NCBI GenBank assembly: GCA_963695335.1
Contig: OY968764.1
Span: 416,001 to 480,000, forward strand
Length of the DNA stretch: 64,000 nucleotides
Origin: an uncultured bacterium
Lineage (GTDB): Bacteria > Babelota > Babeliae > Babelales > Vermiphilaceae
Direction of reading: 5' to 3'
Shown here: positions 20,485 through 29,713 of the stretch, piece after piece
Layout: each line of letters opens with the position of its first letter
Numbering within the stretch: position 1 is the stretch's first letter
The notes under the pieces: generated by a model
Told to the model about the DNA's origin: nothing
The model's database searches: none
What the model saw: the letters and a program-made list of their open reading frames with translations, nothing else
Made by a program: the position numbers and the translations under genes

Positions 20485-22206
20485 TCAAAGTGGAACGGGT
20501 TCAATTTCTTGCATATTTTCCCATACATCAGTGATACTCGCCCATACGCTTGACCAGCGTGAGCTGACTGCAGAACCAAGAGCATCTTTCCCTTTTTGTA
20601 GCGATGCATAAAATCCGCCAGATTTTCCAGCTTCATTAACGATAAGATTAGTTGCCTCTGTGGCGATAGCTTGTAATACACCCGTGATAACAGCTTGCGG
20701 TGTTGTGGCAATATTCACTCCCGTTGAAGCAACCATTTGTTGGCTTAATGGAATGGTACTGATGCTCACCAGTGCACCAGGAGTGATATTATTAGTGAGT
20801 GCAGCCACATTTGCAACCATTCCTTGCGCCATACCAGTAAGAACTGCATTACTTATTGATTCAGTAAAAGTGGTGTTGGCATACCCAAGTCCTGCTGCCC
20901 ATAAAAGTCCGCCAAGTGTTGCAGATTGGAAGAAGATCCAACCTACTTCTGCAAGTGCTAACGCAAATTTTTGATTGTTGATTACCGTTTTAACTTTTGG
21001 CAGAGCGAGTGCAACAAACATGTTGCTTGTTGATGGTGTTTTTTTACCAAGTAAAATCTGTTTAAGATTTATGTTTTTGATTGCTTGGGCAATTTCACCA
21101 TTTTCTGCGAGCATTGTGTTCATCACTGCAGACGCTTCATTCATAATTAAAGAATCAATAACACCTCTGAATAACGGAATTTTAAATTGATATGTTTTAT
21201 TTTGTACCGATGGTGCAAGAATAGCTTGGAATAAAATGTTTGTTTCTGCTGTGGTTGCTATAGATTGTATCGTTGTATTACTTGTTAGTAATGTATTTGA
21301 TTTTTCTATTAAAGCTGCTGATGCATAGGTTAAAAAGGTAATGAGTAATGCATCGGTATCTAATGTTGCAAGATTACCGGTCGCCATTTTAGTATATTGA
21401 GCAGCAAATACACCGAGCGCACCAGTAACACCCATATTTGTTGCTTGTATAGCAAGTTTGACTATTTCTGCACCATGTCCTTGCCAACTTCCTTTAATAC
21501 TTTGTTCAATGAGATTTTTTAATGATGGCGTTGCGGGAGTAAGGAGTTTTGTCTGTTTTTCTTGCCATTGTGGCCAATCTGTTGAAGGTAATTGTGCAAT
21601 TGCCATGTCTAACTCTTTAACATGTTGCACTAACTGAGTAAGCTGTTTATTTGCCATTGCTGCATTTTCTTTTTCTATGGTAGGAGAATTAATTTCTTCA
21701 ATTTTTTCTTTTGTTTTTTTGGGTTCATTTTTTGCTTTTAATAGCTGTTGAAGATTTGGTTTGTCTTTTGTCTTACCTTTTATAGCTTCAGCAGGAGAAG
21801 GTTTTTTCAGCATTGCAAGATCTTGGGCTACTATAGCAAGCGCTTTCTCTGCATTTTGTGGTTGTGTTTTAACAGCTATCTTTTGCAATGGCTTGGTTCC
21901 AACTTGAAGGGTTGAAATGTCATCTGTTTTATTTTTTGTAGCGGGAGTTGTGTTTGGAATGATGAGTGAATTATCAGAAACTGCGGGTTTTGGCCAAATA
22001 AGAGATTTGAGGTAGTTGATGTAGTTAATGCCAGAAGTATATGTTGAGTGCAGACGCATGGTTATATAGACTAACATGTTTGCAAGATTGGCTTTGATGT
22101 ATTGCGCGGTGCTTTGTGCTTCTTCTGGTTGTGTATCATCTGGTAGCACGGTTGTTGTTGCGAGTAATGCTATGGACGTGAAAAGAAATAGTTTTTTTAT
22201 AATCAT
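20485..22206 (-). CDS. Exported/membrane hypothetical protein with several Gly/Ala-rich hydrophobic segments
   Basis: GGGGAG RBS, signal peptide, 573-aa ORF. Confidence 0.75.
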   Translation of the reverse strand: MIIKKLFLFTSIALLATTTVLPDDTQPEEAQSTAQYIKANLANMLVYITMRLHSTYTSGINYINYLKSLIWPKPAVSDNSLIIPNTTPATKNKTDDISTLQVGTKPLQKIAVKTQPQNAEKALAIVAQDLAMLKKPSPAEAIKGKTKDKPNLQQLLKAKNEPKKTKEKIEEINSPTIEKENAAMANKQLTQLVQHVKELDMAIAQLPSTDWPQWQEKQTKLLTPATPSLKNLIEQSIKGSWQGHGAEIVKLAIQATNMGVTGALGVFAAQYTKMATGNLATLDTDALLITFLTYASAALIEKSNTLLTSNTTIQSIATTAETNILFQAILAPSVQNKTYQFKIPLFRGVIDSLIMNEASAVMNTMLAENGEIAQAIKNINLKQILLGKKTPSTSNMFVALALPKVKTVINNQKFALALAEVGWIFFQSATLGGLLWAAGLGYANTTFTESISNAVLTGMAQGMVANVAALTNNITPGALVSISTIPLSQQMVASTGVNIATTPQAVITGVLQAIATEATNLIVNEAGKSGGFYASLQKGKDALGSAVSSRWSSVWASITDVWENMQEIEPVPL

Positions 22207-22332
22207 CGCAGCTCCCCCTTTTTAATAATTATGATTTTAAAATAATATTTTTCATTTGAAATTGTAAAGGGTTGGTTGAGAATTGGTTTGTTTCCGTAAA
22301 AGGATTTTTTTGGTATTGTATGGTTCTCTCCT

Positions 22333-22470
22333 GCGCTCGTCCTGAGCCTGTTTAACCCCATCTTCAGTTCCTTCAGACGGGGACCCCGGTTTGGAGTGAA
22401 ACGAAAACTGGGGCAAAAGGATATCTTTGAGCGCTCGAGGATACCCTTCAACAAGTTCAGGGCGAGCGCG
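22333..22470. repeat. REPIN-like inverted pair of type A arms with a type C unit nested in the left arm
   Basis: GCGCTCGTCCTGAGCCTG[TTTAACCCCATC...TGGGGC]AAAAGGA ... CCCTTCAACAAGTTCAGGGCGAGCGC. Confidence 0.85.
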
Positions 22471-22553
22471 GGGAATATATTGATGATTGGGTCATTTAAA
22501 TAATTTGTGCTATATAACATATGTAACTAAAATTTTAAAGAAAGGACTCTTAT

Positions 22554-23354
22554 ATGAATATTGCAAAACGCATGGCGTTTATTACGTGTAGCTTAATGAT
22601 GAGTGTGATGATGCACGGAATGGAATTAGAAAAATCGAATGAACCATTTATTTCTCAAGATCGTATTTTTGTGTGGACTGGTTATAATCCTCAATATCAT
22701 GTAGTAACCGTGCTTGGTAACTATTCTGAACATGATATTTTACAAAAAAATGATCAACCTCACAAAATTTATAGAGCTCAGTTGGTCATTCAAAAAAATA
22801 AAGAAGGTGAAGAGGGTAAGAAGTATTTTGTAAAGACTACTCAAGAATATATTTGCAATGGAACAGAAGCTAAGTTTAAAAATCTTACAAAATTAGAAAG
22901 AATTGAAGTGCCAACTTTTTGGTCTCAAGAACAGTGTGATGGAATACGGTATAAATTGAATAGCTGTTTAGATAGAAAAAAGGCAGTTTTAGCGATTGAT
23001 AATGATGGTAATGAGTATTTTATTACGCATGTATGGGATGAAAATCGTGATAATTCAAAAAAGGTACGTGTATACAATACCGAAAAACATCGAGCTGAGT
23101 TGATTCCTGTATTAAACAAAAAGAAGATGTTGTTAGAAATACAAAATTTAAAACAAGACGTTGCAGAATTTAAAAAGATTGCAGTACAGATACAAATAGC
23201 AAAAGATAGGTTCAATGCTGAGAAATTGCCAGAGAGACTTAATCGTAGTCGTAATAATGACTATTTTGGACTTGTAATGAGTTGTGCTACTTACGGAGGT
23301 TTAATTGTACTTGGAATTCTTCTTGCAGCGCTTATTCCCCAATATCAAGGTTGA
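22554..23354 (+). CDS. Exported hypothetical protein with C-terminal TM anchor
   Basis: AAGGA RBS, signal peptide then MELE, C-terminal hydrophobic helix. Confidence 0.75.
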   Translation: MNIAKRMAFITCSLMMSVMMHGMELEKSNEPFISQDRIFVWTGYNPQYHVVTVLGNYSEHDILQKNDQPHKIYRAQLVIQKNKEGEEGKKYFVKTTQEYICNGTEAKFKNLTKLERIEVPTFWSQEQCDGIRYKLNSCLDRKKAVLAIDNDGNEYFITHVWDENRDNSKKVRVYNTEKHRAELIPVLNKKKMLLEIQNLKQDVAEFKKIAVQIQIAKDRFNAEKLPERLNRSRNNDYFGLVMSCATYGGLIVLGILLAALIPQYQG

Positions 23355-24396
23355 AATCTGAAAAACGGCCCTGTTGCGCTTTATAATTACCGACAAAAGC
23401 AATCATAGCAGCATTATCCGTGCAATATTTGCGTGAAGGGTGGAAGAATGGAATGTTGTGTGTAGTGGAGAATGTTTTAAGGCGTTCAGTGATATATGCA
23501 TTACATGCAACACCACCAACAAACGTAATCGCTTGTACGTGCGGATGCGCTGCTAACGCCAATTCTAATTTTTGTTCAAAAATATCTGCCATGCACACAA
23601 GAAGTGAGCTGGCAACTTCTTTTATAAATTGTTCATCATCAGAACGTAGGAATTTTTTTGCGGAAAGATCGTATGCATTTTGTTTTACAAGATCATAAAG
23701 CACTGCAGTTTTAAGTCCGGAAAAACTGAAATCTAATGTTTTTTGTTTGCTGCGTGGGTAGTGGAAAAAATCTTGGAAATTAACTTCACGCGCAAGTTTT
23801 TCAATCACTGGTCCGCCTGGATATGGTAAATTCATCAGTTTTGCAATTTTATCAAACGCTTCACCTGCCGCATCATCTTGCGTTTCTCCAAGCACTTCAT
23901 AATCACCAAAATCTTTTATTAAATAAAGCGATGTATGTCCACCCGATGCGGTGAGGCATAGATGAGGAAATGGAACATTGTGTTCTATTGAAGCAGAAAA
24001 TGCATGCCCTTCTAAGTGGTTAATTCCTATGAGTTTCTTTTTCTCCCTACTACGCTCTCCGAGCTTCGAAGGGCAGGTCTTGGCGTACGCAATTGCTTTT
24101 GCAAAACAGATACCAACAAGTAATGATCCAGGAAGGCCTGGTTTGTTGGTAACGGCAATCACATCAATATCATCAAGTGACATGTTTGCTTGTTCAAGTG
24201 CTGCTGCAACTATGGGATTAATTTTTTCCAGTTGTGAGCGTGATGCAAGTTCAGGGATAACACCACCAAATTTTTTGTGTAGTTCAATTTGTGAGTATAA
24301 AGCGCTGGAAAGTAAACCTTGTGTGCTGTGGTATACTGCAGCTGCTGTTTCATCACATGAAGTTTCTATGCCGAGGGTGATAAATGGGTGTTTCAT
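23332..24396 (-). CDS. tsaD: tRNA N6-adenosine threonylcarbamoyltransferase (with in-frame palindromic insert)
   Basis: LGIETSCDETAAAV, GGVIPELASR, NHLEGH, SGGHT, DDAAGEAFDK, SFSGLKTA, CTDNAAMIA. Confidence 0.98.
   Translation of the reverse strand: MKHPFITLGIETSCDETAAAVYHSTQGLLSSALYSQIELHKKFGGVIPELASRSQLEKINPIVAAALEQANMSLDDIDVIAVTNKPGLPGSLLVGICFAKAIAYAKTCPSKLGERSREKKKLIGINHLEGHAFSASIEHNVPFPHLCLTASGGHTSLYLIKDFGDYEVLGETQDDAAGEAFDKIAKLMNLPYPGGPVIEKLAREVNFQDFFHYPRSKQKTLDFSFSGLKTAVLYDLVKQNAYDLSAKKFLRSDDEQFIKEVASSLLVCMADIFEQKLELALAAHPHVQAITFVGGVACNAYITERLKTFSTTHNIPFFHPSRKYCTDNAAMIAFVGNYKAQQGRFSDFNLDIGE
24045..24077. repeat. Type B element inside tsaD
   Basis: CCCTACTACGCTCTCCGAGCTTCGAAGGGCAGG, encoding CPSKLGERSR on the minus strand. 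Confidence 0.85.
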
Positions 24397-24421
24397 TTTC
24401 TTAATAATTCGTTCTTTTTTT

Positions 24422-24624
24422 CCGCTCGCCCTGAGTGTTTTTGTCTTCAAAAACGTATCGAAGGGTATGCGGAAATTTAGTAATTTTAAGATTTTTTTAT
24501 TTTGCACCCTTCGATACATTTTACTACGCTAAAGCTTCGCAAAACACTCAGGGCGAGCGGGTTGTATATTCAAATTTCTTTTAACGGGGGTCCCCAATTG
24601 GAACATAGTGTAGATTGGGGTTAA
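24422..24624. repeat. REPIN-like type A inverted pair plus type C unit
   Basis: CCGCTCGCCCTGAGTG...GTATCGAAGGGT / ACCCTTCGATAC...CACTCAGGGCGAGCGG; TTAACGGGGGTCCCCAAT...TTGGGGTTAA. Confidence 0.88.
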
Positions 24625-24625
24625 G

Positions 24626-25306
24626 TTATGTTATGGTATCCATGATAAGAATGCGTTTTTTATCCGCCACCGTTTGTATTTGGCGTTTAATGGGTGCATG
24701 AATAATTTTTGAATCAAGCGCAGTTAATTCTAACTTAATTAAAGCCTCTGCAAAACTTTCTTCTGATGCCCGTTCATTTGCATTATTAACATACAATGTT
24801 GGAAGTTCTACTGCAGAACCACCTCTAAATTCACTAATCCAATCTGCATAGCATTCAATGATAATTGCTCGATCAGGAATTTGTCCTGTTGCAGGTAATG
24901 CTTCTTCTTTTATCTCCCATGCATCGTCAATAAGATCAAGAACATAATATTTATACGAAGATTGCGGATCTATTTTGAGGTAATCAAATGTATTGATAAT
25001 TTCAGTTTTGTCAGGATATTGTTTAAGTTGACATTCAATTCTGTCTGCAGTAACAAGAACTTCAAAATGAGTTTGATGCGTTGCTTTAGGAATTTCAAAT
25101 GTTATCTTGGGTAGTGATGTTTCATGAGAAGCTGTCGTTATTTGAGTTCCGCCGCAGTTCATATTGAGTGGCACAAATGTTGAATTTTTACTGAATTGCA
25201 CCGTGCCGCCAATAAGTGATGGAGCAGCAAGAAGATGAGACTGTAAGGAAAGCGTAGCAAAAGTAAGTAATAATACCTTGTAGGACGTTGTTTTGATTTT
25301 TTTCAT
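24626..25306 (-). CDS. Exported hypothetical protein
   Basis: Signal peptide, ~226-aa ORF. Confidence 0.7.
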   Translation of the reverse strand: MKKIKTTSYKVLLLTFATLSLQSHLLAAPSLIGGTVQFSKNSTFVPLNMNCGGTQITTASHETSLPKITFEIPKATHQTHFEVLVTADRIECQLKQYPDKTEIINTFDYLKIDPQSSYKYYVLDLIDDAWEIKEEALPATGQIPDRAIIIECYADWISEFRGGSAVELPTLYVNNANERASEESFAEALIKLELTALDSKIIHAPIKRQIQTVADKKRILIMDTIT

Positions 25307-25396
25307 TTTAGCCTGCTTCTTTATAGGTTTAAAGAATGTCCTTATGATTAATATACCTAGAGTAACTGAAAGATTTTTTAATTTCAAAGGATTTGT

Positions 25397-25864
25397 ATGC
25401 TGCGTAAACGAATGCGTGCTTTAGCTAAACGATTATTGTTGCAAGAGCGATCACCTCATAAGTTAGCATTAACCTGTTCTTTGGGTGCATTTATTGCTAT
25501 TTCACCGCTTATTGGTGGACATACATTGATGACGTTTATATTGGGTTGGTTAATGCGGTTAAGTATTCCTGCAGTTTTTACTGTATCATTTTTTATTAAT
25601 AATCCATGGACGGTGATTCCTATTTATTCCTTTGATCATATATTTGGTAAGTGGCTGTTTGGGTTGTTGAATATAGATCACACCAGTTGGGAACCAACAT
25701 GGTTAGAGTCTTGTTATTTATTTTTAAAACAACATACTGGTATTAGTGGGATATCTGTTTCTGCACTTTTGGTTGGGGGGCATGTGCTTGCTTTGACTGC
25801 CGGTGTTGTAGCGTATATGCCTATGAAGAAAATTTTTCAACGTATCTGTTCAAAAAAACATTAA
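25397..25864 (+). CDS. DUF2062-like membrane protein
   Basis: SPHKLAL..LG.FI.ISP..G.HT, NNPWT..PIY. Confidence 0.85.
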   Translation: MLRKRMRALAKRLLLQERSPHKLALTCSLGAFIAISPLIGGHTLMTFILGWLMRLSIPAVFTVSFFINNPWTVIPIYSFDHIFGKWLFGLLNIDHTSWEPTWLESCYLFLKQHTGISGISVSALLVGGHVLALTAGVVAYMPMKKIFQRICSKKH

Positions 25865-25872
25865 ATAGATGT

Positions 25873-26325
25873 ATGAAGATATTAGCACAAAATAAAAAAG
25901 CATTTCATGATTACGATATTTCTGAAAAAATAGAAGTTGGTATTGTGTTAACTGGTGATGAAGTTAAATCATTACGTGCAGGTAATGTATCCTTGGTAGG
26001 CGCATTTGCCGCAATCCGCAATGGTGAAATGTCACTCGTTAACTGTCGCATTGCGCCGTATGATAAGGCGTATCAAAAAGATGAAGAGGCTGCAACACGT
26101 AGCCGTATTCTTTTACTCCATAAACGTCAAATTCTCAAACTTATTGGTGAGATCGCCCAAAAGGGTGTTACGGTAATCCCTTTGATGTTTTACCTCAATG
26201 ATAAAAGTAAAATTAAGGTGCAGCTGGGTGTTGGCAAACATAAAAAAGCACCGAGTAAGAAAAAAGAGCTCAAAGAGCGAGATATTAAGCGGGAAACGAG
26301 TAGGGCGATGAAAGAAAGCCGCTAA
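25873..26325 (+). CDS. smpB: SsrA-binding protein
   Basis: NKKAFHDY, GIVLTGDEVKSLR, LLLHKRQI, KERDIKRE. Confidence 0.97.
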   Translation: MKILAQNKKAFHDYDISEKIEVGIVLTGDEVKSLRAGNVSLVGAFAAIRNGEMSLVNCRIAPYDKAYQKDEEAATRSRILLLHKRQILKLIGEIAQKGVTVIPLMFYLNDKSKIKVQLGVGKHKKAPSKKKELKERDIKRETSRAMKESR

Positions 26326-26441
26326 TTCCATGTATCTTCATGGCTAACTCTTTTTGCATCTTGAGTGTCGCGTGATTCAGCGATGAGCGATAATATCAAA
26401 TCTTCTAATTCTTCTAAATATTCTTTGTTTTCTGTAGACAT
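26322..26441 (-). CDS. 39-aa acidic peptide resembling the toxin-binding half of RelB-type antitoxins (not in ORF track)
   Basis: MSTENKEYLEELEDLILSLIAESRDTQDAKRVSHEDTWN; AAGGA RBS; TTGACT...GCTAAT promoter-like sequence upstream. Confidence 0.6.
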   Translation of the reverse strand: MSTENKEYLEELEDLILSLIAESRDTQDAKRVSHEDTWN

Positions 26442-26649
26442 ATACATCCTTTGTATGCATAAAAATATACGATTAGCATGATGTTTTTGGGTAGGCAAGT
26501 CAAGGGGTCAGGGTATTGAGCAGGAATAGGCCGAAAGGCGAAGAAAGCCACTAAAAATGGACCCTTTTGCGATTGTTTCTAAGGTTTGGTAAACTTATTA
26601 GTGATAGATATTTATATGATCTTAACTGCCTATAGGGGGAATTATAGGG

Positions 26650-27684
26650 ATGTTATTAAAAAAGTTCTTTGTTATTGTAATCTTGAGTATGGCAGGGTTT
26701 GCTTGTAATCTCACTGCAATGCAAGGATTAATAGCGAATTTTTATCATAATCTTACGTTGAAGAAAAAAAAGCCAGATTATAGTATCAATTTGATGTGGA
26801 TTAATGAAAATCTTAAGAAAGATCAAGAATATATTCATCCATCAAATGATGAGTTTGCATCAACTATTTGTAAATGGGCAGCTCTTAATAAAGATGGTGT
26901 AGTGAATGTTTGGTATGATGAAGAAATGACGACCACTGATGCGATAAAAAATACCCATAAAGCCATTATAAGAGAATGTTCACAATATTCGTATAAAGCT
27001 CTGGTGCGATTAAAAAATGTGAGAAAGTTATCTGAAGTCAAAGAGCATCCCAAAGCCTTTTCTGATAAAATGCCTGTATATTTTCGTGCGGATCTTTTAC
27101 GTTCCACCGCGGGATTTAATCATATATCGAGAAATAAAATTAATTATTTTGTGTATAGTGATTTAGATGCAGAACCTATAACAGAAAAACAGCTTTTTGA
27201 TGAAAAAACTAAAGAAGATCTTAAGCGATATGGTATGGTTTTGACTAGGCCTTCTGAATTTCCTGGCTATTCAGGTTTTGAAAATAGTTTTCAAATTATG
27301 AGTAATCATAAATCAAATCTTTTACAGGCAAAAAAAACTGCACTGATAGATCTTAATATTAAACGAGCTTATGATGTACAAGATAAAAATTTGTCAGGAG
27401 TCAAATCGCTTGAGCAAGCTGTATATCGTAGTTATAACGATATGTTTAAATATTTTTATCATCTTGAAGGATGTGGTGAATTTAAGGTACGTTCTTCTGA
27501 AAAAACGTTAGAACGTTACGATAAAGATAAACATGGATTAGAGCCTTTTGAGAGGCATATGTTTTTTTTTCCACGTGATAATTGTTGTAATGGAAAAGAT
27601 TTTAGACATGGTGGTTTTATTCCTACAAAAGAAGTCAATGTGCCTTTATCTGTTCATTTTGGTCCTGGTTCTCATAAAAGTTGA
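26650..27684 (+). CDS. Exported DxD (GT-A) glycosyltransferase-like protein
   Basis: Signal peptide; INLMWI, VNVWYD, YFRADLLR, FVYSDLD, GFENSF. Confidence 0.7.
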   Translation: MLLKKFFVIVILSMAGFACNLTAMQGLIANFYHNLTLKKKKPDYSINLMWINENLKKDQEYIHPSNDEFASTICKWAALNKDGVVNVWYDEEMTTTDAIKNTHKAIIRECSQYSYKALVRLKNVRKLSEVKEHPKAFSDKMPVYFRADLLRSTAGFNHISRNKINYFVYSDLDAEPITEKQLFDEKTKEDLKRYGMVLTRPSEFPGYSGFENSFQIMSNHKSNLLQAKKTALIDLNIKRAYDVQDKNLSGVKSLEQAVYRSYNDMFKYFYHLEGCGEFKVRSSEKTLERYDKDKHGLEPFERHMFFFPRDNCCNGKDFRHGGFIPTKEVNVPLSVHFGPGSHKS

Positions 27685-27791
27685 GTTTAGAAATATAAAA
27701 AATGTGGCTATCTTTGAAAAATAGGATGGCCGCATCTTTTTTTGGTAGGCAAATCAAGTTCTTTTTTTGTTGGCGACAGCCAGAAGACCGT

Positions 27792-27842
27792 GTCCTTCCG
27801 AAGCCTTGGCGAAGGAGGAAGCCCGATAAGGGCGAAGACTGG
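27792..27842. repeat. Type B unit plus inverted copy of the tmRNA-trailer start
   Basis: GTCCTTCCGAAGCCTTGGCGAAGGAGG then GAAGCCCGATAAGGGCGAAGACTGG. Confidence 0.7.
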
Positions 27843-27917
27843 GCCCTTTTGCGGTTATTTTCAAGGTCTGGTAAACTTATAATAAGTGATAAATATGACC
27901 TATTTTAGGGGGGAATT

Positions 27918-28286
27918 ATGAAAAAAGTATTAGTTTCATTATTGATGATATCTGGGACAGAAGTATTGTGTGTACCTTCATCTGGTTTAGGCACTCCTGG
28001 GGGGAAGCCTTCTGATTATCTACGAATGTTGCCTGAGAATTCACAAATTAGGCAAAGATGTATTGGAAATGGCACTTCTTTGAAAAAAGAGAATAAAGAA
28101 GCTTGTGATATTATGAGAAGTTATTTAGCTATAAATTCTGGATATGAATCTGGATGGTTTTCTGAGATTGATAGCAAAAAAGTACATGAGGCTTGGGATA
28201 TTTTAGTAGATGCTGAGAATAAAGATAATGAAGAAAAAAATGTTAAATTAGCAGTACAAAAACTTATCAATAGAATGGTGGTTTAG
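27918..28286 (+). CDS. Exported hypothetical protein
   Basis: GGGGGG RBS, MKKVLV signal peptide. Confidence 0.7.
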   Translation: MKKVLVSLLMISGTEVLCVPSSGLGTPGGKPSDYLRMLPENSQIRQRCIGNGTSLKKENKEACDIMRSYLAINSGYESGWFSEIDSKKVHEAWDILVDAENKDNEEKNVKLAVQKLINRMVV

Positions 28287-28294
28287 GCGAAATC

Positions 28295-28774
28295 ATGAAA
28301 AAAGTATTAGTTTTATTATCGATAGCTTTTGTTACTCAAGGATCATTGCTGGCGAGTGAGCAATCTGTTTATAAGAATTTGAGTAATATGCATTTTAGAT
28401 ATTCTCGCATTGAGCAAGAATGTGCTGATGTACATAGCAGATGGTTTAAGGGTGAAATTAAAAAAATTTGTGATAGATTCGATAACCATCTTGAAAATGG
28501 CAAAATAGATGGTAATGAATTTGAAAAATTTGATATCAAAGACCTTAAACGAGAAGTTTCATCGCCAGAATGGCAAGAAGCTCAAGTAAAAAAGATTGCT
28601 GATTTTAGATCAGAAACGTATAATGTATGCATATCAGAAATACATACAATGTTTCCTGATATGCCTGAAGATGTAAGAAAGGATCACTGTCAAATAATGG
28701 CTCTCAATGCATATTCGTTTTATGCCAATAATTTTTATGTATTTGAATCAGCTATTCGTGATAGTGTAAAATAA
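28295..28774 (+). CDS. Exported hypothetical protein
   Basis: MKKVLV signal peptide, Cys pairs. Confidence 0.7.
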   Translation: MKKVLVLLSIAFVTQGSLLASEQSVYKNLSNMHFRYSRIEQECADVHSRWFKGEIKKICDRFDNHLENGKIDGNEFEKFDIKDLKREVSSPEWQEAQVKKIADFRSETYNVCISEIHTMFPDMPEDVRKDHCQIMALNAYSFYANNFYVFESAIRDSVK

Positions 28775-28796
28775 AAATTTTATTCTTTGAAAATTC

Positions 28797-29161
28797 GGGG
28801 GCGTACTGGCTTCGACGTGTTGTTAGTCGCCTTGAGAGCATGCCGAGCGTTGATTGAGTGCTCGTTAAACAATTGATCGAAAAACAAATGCAAATCAATT
28901 TGATTTTGCTCCAGCTGTTGCTTAGGCAATAAGGTGGCTTATTGGATTAACGTGTCTGTCAGTTGAACCAATTCGTATAATAAAAAGATAGAACTTCCGG
29001 GCGAGATTGAACTGTTTAGTAGCCCGAGCACGTACCACAAGTAGTCTCATATAATCTGCTGTGTCTTTGAGGTGTTATATGAGTATATTCAGAGAATAAG
29101 CATGTAGCGCTTGGGGTTATTTGTAATGCGGACATGGGTTCGATTCCCATCGCCTCCACCA
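28797..29161 (+). ncRNA. ssrA: tmRNA; tag peptide (A)ANQFDFAPAVA*
   Basis: GGGGGCG/CGCCTCC-ACCA acceptor stem with G3.U, GGCTTCGAC, T-arm ATGGGTTCGATTCCCAT, tag ORF 28890..28925; smpB nearby. Confidence 0.96.
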
Positions 29162-29338
29162 GTCTTCGCCCTTACAGGCTTCGTCTGGCTGCGCCGCAAA
29201 AGAAAGAGTTAGCAAATATAAAAAGTTTGATAGCAGAAGGCGAAGACTGTCCGACGTAGCTTTAGCGTAGACGGACGGCTTGGTACGGTTTGCCCTTCGT
29301 AGCTCGTTAGAGCGTAGTAGGGCCAGCTTTTTAAAGGT
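29155..29338 (+). repeat. Direct repeat left copy (tmRNA 3' end plus type B units)
   Basis: Near identity with 38719..38902. Confidence 0.95.
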
Positions 29339-29434
29339 TGGGCTAAGAATTAAAATTAAAGATCGATACTCAAAGCGAAGGCTGTCCGCCAAAGCCTTGG
29401 CGACGGCGGGCGATAAAATAAAAAGTCATTATAT

Positions 29435-29469
29435 AAAAGAGGTTTGGAATTTTTCCAAACCTCTTCTTG
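29435..29469. terminator. Terminator hairpin
   Basis: AAGAGGTTTGGAATTTTTCCAAACCTCTT. Confidence 0.75.
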
Positions 29470-29713
29470 TTTGCGAAAATAAAATCAATTCTTTTAACCT
29501 CCTTCTTCTTTATGTTATCGATTGTATTGATGATAATTCTTGCCCGCAACCTGCCCTGTTCTATAAGGGAAAAGATAAATTTAAAAATTACTTTTAGAGG
29601 ATATCTTGGTATACTGTAGCTGTAAACTTTCTATAAGCTATTTTTGTATAAGTTTAACTTATTTTTATTGTCTTAGTAGCAAACCCTATTATTTTCAAGA
29701 ACAGACCAAGAAC

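Noticed and set aside
22203..22520. 105-aa ORF, and likewise 27702..27908 and 55421..55618
   Set aside because: Coincide with repeat composites or tRNA antisense
24397..24519. Extended TsaD N-terminus
   Set aside because: Translation through an intergenic repeat; the conserved protein starts at MKHPF (24396)
29117..29597. ORFs 29117..29392 and 29280..29597
   Set aside because: They are translations of the tmRNA 3' end and repeat units
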